A DNA stretch of 64,000 nucleotides. Source: Hydrurus foetidus. Lineage: Eukaryota. A program made the translations under genes and the position numbers. Below, piece by piece: positions 56,977 through 64,000 of this stretch. The notes under the pieces were generated by a model. The model was given only the letters and a program-made list of their open reading frames with translations, did no database searches and was not told the DNA's origin. Each line of letters starts with the position of its first letter. The stretch's first letter is position 1. The stretch lies in NCBI GenBank assembly GCA_900617105.1, contig UYFQ01000182.1, forward strand, positions 1 through 64,000. Direction: 5' to 3'.

Positions 56977-59373
56977 CCAGTGGTGGAAATAACGCGGTTT
57001 CGGTAAAAACGCGGTTGTACCCTCCGTTCTGCACATGAAAAACTACCACATGAAACTATCGTTGGAATGACGAATTCTCCACGAACAAGTAACACCTAGT
57101 GCTGTGCTTAGGATATGTTGCAACAGATGACTCTGTTCACACAATCCAGCAAAAGTTCCAGTGGATTTTGCCTCTCTAAAAAAATCTCGCAGTTACCGTT
57201 GGTGTCTATAGCCATGGAAGCACTCGGTGAAACCAGTCGTATCGGTCGGTTTTCTGATCTTTCGGGATCGTACCACAGTGCGGCATCGAAAGTTCTACCG
57301 TGTGAGGAGTATTTCCGAAGTGAACTGTCACCTGATTCGTTCGCCAGGACTCATTCTATACCTCCTACATCTATGAAGCGAATGATCGCAAAGTACAAGG
57401 ATGATCAGGAGTCAGGAATTTCGACTTTTAGAGATTCTGGTTCGGGGAGACCACGAAAGCTCGACAAAGTAGGAGGTCAGAATGTGCTAACCGAGCTGGC
57501 GAAGCGAACAAGAGATCAGCATGCACCTAATAGGGCTGAATTCCAAGCCATACTCATCAAAGAAGTCGAGCAATCATCAAAGCGCAGAAATATTGCCAAT
57601 GTGTGCCCTACCATAGTTCCAAAAACGATGTGGAACTACAAAAGTATATTGAAATTGGGACTGAAGACAGCGCAGCTCAAAACGCATGCAAGAATCACTG
57701 CGGAGAACGATCCAAGAAATTCGTTCAGTATGGCGGTAATGAACAAGGCCTTCAGTGAAAAGCTGCATTCATCCATGATTATCAATTGGGATGCCACCCA
57801 ATATGGGATTTCTCCAGACAAAGATGATATGTGCGTATACTTAAAGGGTAAAGATGTGGGACCTCTCACTTCAGAGAGCGGTGGCGGCACTTATTTATCG
57901 GTCAAGCACTATCACCTTCATAACGCAAATGGTACTGTGGCGCCACCGGTTTTCATCATTGCCGACGATTCAGTTGATGCAGAGTCCTTTGCTTGGCACG
58001 ACATACCAGAGTTGTCGACGAGCACAGATGTAAACGGGCACGCTTATCTATGCGTCTGCAGGACCCGTAATGCGAATGCCGCATTTTACCGATGGTTCGG
58101 TACCTTCATCGTAGCGCCTTTCATCATCGATGTCCGTGCTCGATCGAAAGCCAAGTATCCTGATGGTACGCCTATGCGTGCGTTCGTTACCTGCGATGGG
58201 GAACAGGAGCAGATCAGAGTCTTCCAGGAAGAGGACATGCTCGGCGTTTTCGAGAACGCCCTCATTGACTTTGGGAAGATCGCCGCCTCCTGCAGCGGAA
58301 TCCATCAGTCATCGGACGTGAGTCCACTCTTCCGCGCGATCAAGAAAAAGATTCAGTCCGTAGAGACTACTAATTACAAGAGCCCGTTAATGAGCGAAGC
58401 ACTGAAAGATGTGTTGCGTGGGTGTGGCTACTCAAGTGCGATGAAGACAAAGATCAGTGATTCAATTCAAAAGATAGTGAAGACAATCAGATCAGTGATG
58501 ACAGCAGAGATGATTATCACAGGCTACGAGAGAACAGGACAGTATCCTGTGGATTTCGCCAGAACACTACGTCAGACTACATACACATTCAGCATCAAAC
58601 AGTGGTCCTCTATGACTAATGCTGTGGACGATGCTGTGGCCATCTTTCGCGCGAGAGGTGCGCTTTCAGAGGACGAGATGGACACCTTGGAAATCCCCAG
58701 CGTGAATGAGGAACAGGTCAACCAACGCCCGAAAGATCAGCGCATGCTCCACCAGCAGCGCGCAGTCATCATGAACTCCGTCGACTGCATTGCGAAGTAC
58801 AAAAATCATTACGAGAACAAGGAGTTAGGTGTGATCGAAAAAGTTGCCGCAAGACAGCGCAGAGAAATAGCCAAGGACGCGGCGAAAGAGATAAAGGAGA
58901 AGAAGAAGATTGAAAGAGATGCCTTCAACAACCTGCCTGCCGCCGAGAAAAAGGCAATTCGCAAATCCAAAAGGGATGCAGCTGCCGCCGCCAAGATACT
59001 CACCGCCCTCGTCGCCGCGGAGGAGCAGGCCAAATCCAGCGAGAGCGATGATGACCTTGATATCTTTGCCGATGAGGACCTTTATGATTGCAATTAATTA
59101 GGCAGAGTTTAGTTACAAATCCGTTGTTTGAATTTGTCATTGATGTGGGTTCAGATGTAAGGAATGATATTCTATCAACGATTCTTGGCATCGGTAGTCT
59201 ACAAGCGAATTCAAGCTTCATTGATTCTCATCCCCAGTTGAGTTCACCTAGGGTATCAACATCAGAAAAGATAAATGGTTCAGTTAGGCATCATCTGCTG
59301 ATCCGGGGAGACTTGATTTCTTCTCTGAGTTGCTGAATCTGTCAATCCCTCGCTGAAGATGCCCCACCACTGC
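56977..59373 (+). mobile_element. Pogo-like DNA transposon; right end tentative
   Basis: TA|CCAGTGGTGG at 56977 with two subterminal AACGCGGTT repeats. Candidate right end CCACCACTGC|TA at 59373 (9-bp match only). The true end may lie beyond the copia insertion. Confidence 0.5.
57115..59097 (+). CDS. Pogo/DDE_1-like transposase, 660 aa, intronless
   Basis: SGRPRKL HTH linker. Catalytic-like INWDATQY, VTCDGE and HQSSDVSPLFRAIK, comparable to pogo NxDETG / DG / QPLDVxxF. Charged coiled-coil tail. Confidence 0.78.
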   Translation: MLQQMTLFTQSSKSSSGFCLSKKISQLPLVSIAMEALGETSRIGRFSDLSGSYHSAASKVLPCEEYFRSELSPDSFARTHSIPPTSMKRMIAKYKDDQESGISTFRDSGSGRPRKLDKVGGQNVLTELAKRTRDQHAPNRAEFQAILIKEVEQSSKRRNIANVCPTIVPKTMWNYKSILKLGLKTAQLKTHARITAENDPRNSFSMAVMNKAFSEKLHSSMIINWDATQYGISPDKDDMCVYLKGKDVGPLTSESGGGTYLSVKHYHLHNANGTVAPPVFIIADDSVDAESFAWHDIPELSTSTDVNGHAYLCVCRTRNANAAFYRWFGTFIVAPFIIDVRARSKAKYPDGTPMRAFVTCDGEQEQIRVFQEEDMLGVFENALIDFGKIAASCSGIHQSSDVSPLFRAIKKKIQSVETTNYKSPLMSEALKDVLRGCGYSSAMKTKISDSIQKIVKTIRSVMTAEMIITGYERTGQYPVDFARTLRQTTYTFSIKQWSSMTNAVDDAVAIFRARGALSEDEMDTLEIPSVNEEQVNQRPKDQRMLHQQRAVIMNSVDCIAKYKNHYENKELGVIEKVAARQRREIAKDAAKEIKEKKKIERDAFNNLPAAEKKAIRKSKRDAAAAAKILTALVAAEEQAKSSESDDDLDIFADEDLYDCN

Positions 59374-59542
59374 TAAAAATTCCTCTGCTGCGAGAGTGAT
59401 ATTTCCAAGGAACCAAAATAGGATGTGGGATATCTCGTGGCTGTTGATATGCCTACAAATTCTCGTGGAGTAATATCCACGATCAGGAGAGATTTTCAAC
59501 TTTCCGAGGTCTCCCGCCACTAAAAAGAATGGAGAATCTCCC

Positions 59543-59858
59543 TGTTGGAGTATCCGGAGAAAAGACACTGCTGTAGTTGTATAGTATATGTATGGAACCC
59601 GACGGACAGCGGCGTGCATCATAGCGCACGTACCGCTGACCGTTGGATGTGTGGGCTCGTGGAGCCATCCATTCACCTGTCTTCAACATGGGTGAAAACG
59701 TGCAATTGTCTTGATATGTAAAGCTTCGTTGCCGTCTTGATTGATGCCGGTGCACAAGTTTAATTATCAAGTAATTACGCAACACAAACCTATTTTACGA
59801 GCCTTGGGTCACCGGTCGCATTAGTCACAAAGCATCCGGATTTAGAGAAATCCCAACA
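59543..59858 (+). repeat. 5' LTR of the right copia (TGTTGG...CCAACA), 316 bp
   Basis: 6-bp terminal inverted repeat. Ends 25 nt before the gag ATG. The expected TSD is CTCCC (59538-59542). The partner LTR is outside the window. Confidence 0.72.
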
Positions 59859-59883
59859 TAATTAAACTTGTCAGCGCATCGAG

Positions 59884-62800
59884 ATGCCGCCGAAGAAACA
59901 AGAAGAACCAAAATCAGGTGCAGAGCAGTGCATGCTGAGAATCGGACGTTACAACAACGTGGTGCAATGGAGGGAAGACATGCAGAACGAGGCATGCGGC
60001 CTGTACGGGATGACAGGCACGTTCTTCACCACCAACAAAAGCTACGTCCATCCGTATCCTCGCGAGGAGGATTACAATCCCACCTTCCAAACAGTGGAAA
60101 CGGATATTCAGACGGCGGGTACCGAAAATGAAGACGAGGAAGACGAATCCGTAGACCCTCGATGATGTCATGATCGGACCACAGCCTCCACCGGTGCCTC
60201 CTGTCGTGTACTCCGAGGCACTCATCGACAAGCTGCGAGCCAATGCATTCGAGGGACGCCGCAAGGCAGTCGAAACGCAAAAAGTCGATGAGCAAAAGCT
60301 CTTTCCACTAATGTGGTCGAGAATGTCAACAGGGTCCAAATCCAAGGTTCGTGAGGAGCCAGGGTTCGAAGCGGCTCGCCTCAGACTGGACAGTGTAAAA
60401 CTGTGGGAGTACATTAGAAGGAGTCATTTAACTCACATCTACGGCGAAGATGATTCGATGAGAGCAATGAATGTGCATGAGCAGACCATCAGGTACAACT
60501 ACCTCAGACAGGGTGAACGTGAGGTAATTGGAGACTTCAAGACACGGTTCGATAACCAGGTATCGGCCAACAGAGGTGTTGGTATGACAGAAGTCGAAGA
60601 ACCGATTAGGGCAATCGACTTCCTCAGTAAGTTAGACCCGAAAAGGTATACCGGTATGTTGACCCTTATGCGTAACAATGCCGTACAAAACCTGCCGAAT
60701 AGCTTCCCTTCTACCTTAGCCGGAGCCTACAGGGTAGCGTCATCCTGGACCAGCTCGAACGGAGGAGTCCCCCTTGGCGCCGAGCAACATTCCGCGTTCT
60801 TGACCGATTCTTTGATGAGCACAAAGGAAAAAGTCGCGGGAAAAGGATCGAAGGGAAAGACAGCTGGGACAAAGAAGAAAGCATCGTCAGTGATATGCTT
60901 CGTATGCGGAAAGACGGGACATTTCGCTAGAGACTGCGATCAGCGCAAAGAAGGAGAGCATGCGCTGCACACCAACATCGAAGAAGATGCAGAGGAAGAT
61001 GACGAGAGTATCGAGGCGGCTTTCATCACGACAGATGAAGTTGCCTTGTTCACTCAAAGTCACGTGCTGTTGGACAATCAGGCGTCAGTTAACATCTTCT
61101 GTAACTCCGCGCTTCTCACCGACATTAGGAAATCACAGAACGCGATTCTCCTCAAAGGAGTTCAGTCTGAAGCAAAGGGGGTCAGAGTCGAACAGGAGGG
61201 CAACTTTGGAGACATCGGACCAGTATATTTCAGTCGCGGAGCAACAGCTAACATACTCTCCTTCGCAGCGATGGCAGACAGAGGTGCCGAGATCAGCTAC
61301 GATCATGAGATTGGGTGTTTCACACTTCGACCAGCTGGAAGCAAGACGAAGTATCACTTCAGCAGACAGGACCTGCCAGGGTCGGCGGGGAGATTCTATG
61401 TATGGGACGCGAGCAGCGTGGCGATACAGGAGCAAGCATTGGTGACGACCGTCAGAGACAACATGGCTCGGTTCACGAAACGAGAGGTTGCATCGGCAGC
61501 AGCAGCCAGAGAGATGCTAGCCAGGATGGGTTATCCACCGGTCGAGATGGCTATCGCAATGATCAGAGGAGGAAACAACTTCAGCGTCTCTGAAGCCGAC
61601 TTCAGAAACGCCCACACAATCTGGGGCAAATGCCTCGCCAGCCTTAGAGGAAAAACCCACAAGAAGTCTTCTCCAGTGCCGGACATTTCAGTGACACCAG
61701 CACCAGCGCAGCAGCACCAAGTCCTAAGCGTGGATATAATGTACCTAGAGACAACAGCGATACTTATCGCTGTATCCACCCCTCTGGATATGACACTTGC
61801 TGTGAGTCTCATCCGACTAGACACTGATAAGACCTCCCGTGCTGCTGCTGTGGTGAAGCCAGCGTTGAACGAGATGATATCAATCCTCAAGTCCAGGAAC
61901 TTCATGGTGCAAGTCATCATGTCCGACGGAGAAGGTGCTATAGGGAAAATGAGACTGGATCTACTTGCCATGGGAATTGAGGTGGATGTCAGCGCAGCTG
62001 GCGGACATGTAGCCAGAATCGAGCGACGGATTCAGATGGTGAAGGAGCGAGCACGCGCTCACATCAACGGTAGGATCCCATTCACTCCAACCGAACTCTG
62101 TCTAACCTATCTAGCTCTGTACTGCGTCTCCCGCATTAACTGCCAGCAGTCAGGATCAAGGCCAGGGGGTCTTTCGCCGAGGGAACTATTTTCTGGACGG
62201 CGGGTTGACGGGAACCTGGACTTTCGTGCCGCCTATGGGGATTACGCCGTCTGTACAGTACCTAACACCAACAACACTATGCTATCTAGAACTGAAGACT
62301 GCATTGTCATGCTGCCTACACACAGCAGAACTGGATCATTCAAGATGCTGTCATTGGCAACTGGCAAAATCGTCACAAGGGACCAATTCAAGATACTGCC
62401 AATGCCACAGTCAGTCATCGCGACGCTGAATGCCATGGCAGTCAGAGAAGGGAAGAAAATAAATAAACTCAATTGCATGTGCTTGATGAACTACTATTCG
62501 CGAACAGTCTCGACAAGTCTAAAATGCCACATTTCATTACCAACCCCCCACTCAGGATGCACTTGTCGACGCCGGATCGAGTGACCAACAACCCACACTC
62601 ACCGACCTACAATCAGCAGACAGCATTTTCGAGATCCCTACTTCCGATGTGGGGGGGGGGTACCAGTCGCAGCAGCGGAAACAACTGATTTACCCGATGA
62701 AATCGGAACTGAGGCCCTCGAACAGATGAGGGTGCAAGACAGCGACGTACTTACACCACCATCACCACCACCACTCGCACCATCGACTGAGCCCGACGAC

Positions 62801-64000
62801 ACTCCAGTCGACACACCTGCACTCGACAGCGAATCAGCCCCACAGCAGCTCGCGCACTCAGTGCAATCGCCGGTGAGAGAGCCACGCAGAGCACCAGCAC
62901 CAACAGAGCGAATGGTGACTAGGTCAGCCCGTACGAACGAGGACGCGTTCGTGACAAGCACGGAGGGTACCACCGCGAGACTAGCAGGCGGAGCACAGTC
63001 GATGCACACCATAGACGAAGTGATGAAACGCCACAGGGAGGAAATGGGCAGGAGCAGCACAGCCAACATCAGCGTCAAAGAAGCATTTCGCACCAGAGGG
63101 GACGAAGCCAAGAAGGTCATCGTGTCAGAGCTCAGGCAGATGATAGACAAAAGGGTATGGGCACCGGTGATGGGGGGCAAGCTATCAGCGATGCAGAGAG
63201 CATCTACTATTAGGTCGTCCATGTTCTTGAAGCAGAAGAACAACCCGGATGGAAGCTTCCTCAAGCTCAAAGCTCGACTAGTCGCAGGGGGTGACCAGCA
63301 AGACAAGGATCTGTACGAAGACCTATCCTCCCCAACCGTGTCCACGTGTGCGGTATTCACCCTGTTGACCGTAGCAGCACATGAGAAGCGACGCGTCGCA
63401 GTAGTAGACATAAGCGGAGCATATCTCAACGCAGACATGACGATGGATGTGCCAGTGCACATGCGCCTTGACCGCACCATGACAGATATCATCATCAGCA
63501 TCGATCCAAGGTACGGTAAGTACACAGATGCAAGAGGTGGAGTCACAGTACATCTCAAGAAAGCACTATACGGTTGCGTAGAGAGCGCAGGACTGTGGTA
63601 TGAGAATTTGCACGCCACCATGCTCGAACTGGGGTACGTACGGAATATCAGCGACAAATGCGTATTCAACCGAATAGGCCCAGACGGGCACAGTGTACTG
63701 CTGCAGTGCACGTCGACGACTTACTCATCACTAGCAAGAGCAAGGAGACCATGGCCCACCTAGTCGACGGACTGCGCAAAAGGTACGGTGCAATCACATT
63801 ATCGCATGGGCCTGTCATAAACTACCTCGGTATGGCGATAGATATGCATGTACCAGGACAGGCGATGATCACCACCACAGGGTACTGCGACGAAATAGTC
63901 AAGATATCAGGAGTGAAAGGGGTAGCGCGGACACCGGCCACAGAGGGACTGTTCGAGACCAGGGAGGGTGCTGGTGCAGTAACAGAGCCGGTGCGAGTCT
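59884..64000 (+). pseudogene. Copia gag-pol polyprotein with five apparent frameshifts (possibly assembly errors)
   Basis: Frame changes near 60160, 62467, 62548, 62655 and 63689. I saw no in-frame stops once these are bridged. Confidence 0.75.

Larger units (their letters stand above)
59543..64000 (+). mobile_element. Ty1/copia LTR retrotransposon (runs off the right edge)
   Basis: LTR, gag with CFVCGKTGHFARDC, protease LLDNQA, integrase SVDIM/MSDGEG/IERRIQ, and RT KLKARLVAGG, VDISGAYLNA, LKKALYG, HVDD. Confidence 0.95.

Noticed and set aside
59284..59676. 130-aa minus-strand ORF
   Set aside because: It spans the LTR boundary at 59543, so it is chimeric, and it has no recognisable motif.
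62638..63711. 357-aa antisense ORF over the copia RT, and similar antisense ORFs over other long exons
   Set aside because: These are shadow ORFs of real coding sequence on the opposite strand, with no independent domain signal.

Overview
Eukaryotic, intron-rich genomic DNA with GT-AG introns and microsatellite-laden introns. The gene content suggests a stramenopile, possibly an ochrophyte alga (inference). A host-gene core (about 6.5-52.4 kb) is bracketed by two transposon clusters. Left cluster: a Ty1/copia element on the minus strand whose RT is cut by a second, nested LTR-like element, plus two adjacent MITEs. Host genes: an orphan type-I membrane protein, a ZGPAT-like G-patch protein, UMP-CMP kinase, mitochondrial-type HslU, a WW-domain/GT7 glycosyltransferase fusion with no membrane anchor, a two-repeat MYB factor, two giant head-to-head DDT/PHD/bromodomain chromatin genes (one also carrying FYR, MBD-like and NUMOD1-like modules), and a degenerate LOV/PAS protein. 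Right cluster: an apparently intact, twice-spliced IS630/Tc1/mariner-type DNA transposon, a 550-bp non-coding element that folds into a branched GNA-triloop hairpin, a pogo-like transposase, and a second copia element running off the window. Most notable: neither copia element has a TGG-type tRNA primer-binding site. Each instead carries, right after the 5' LTR, an 11- or 13-nt sequence perfectly complementary to a segment inside its own LTR, a co-varying signature of Tf1-style self-priming in a copia lineage. Exon boundaries were read by eye and no database search was possible.
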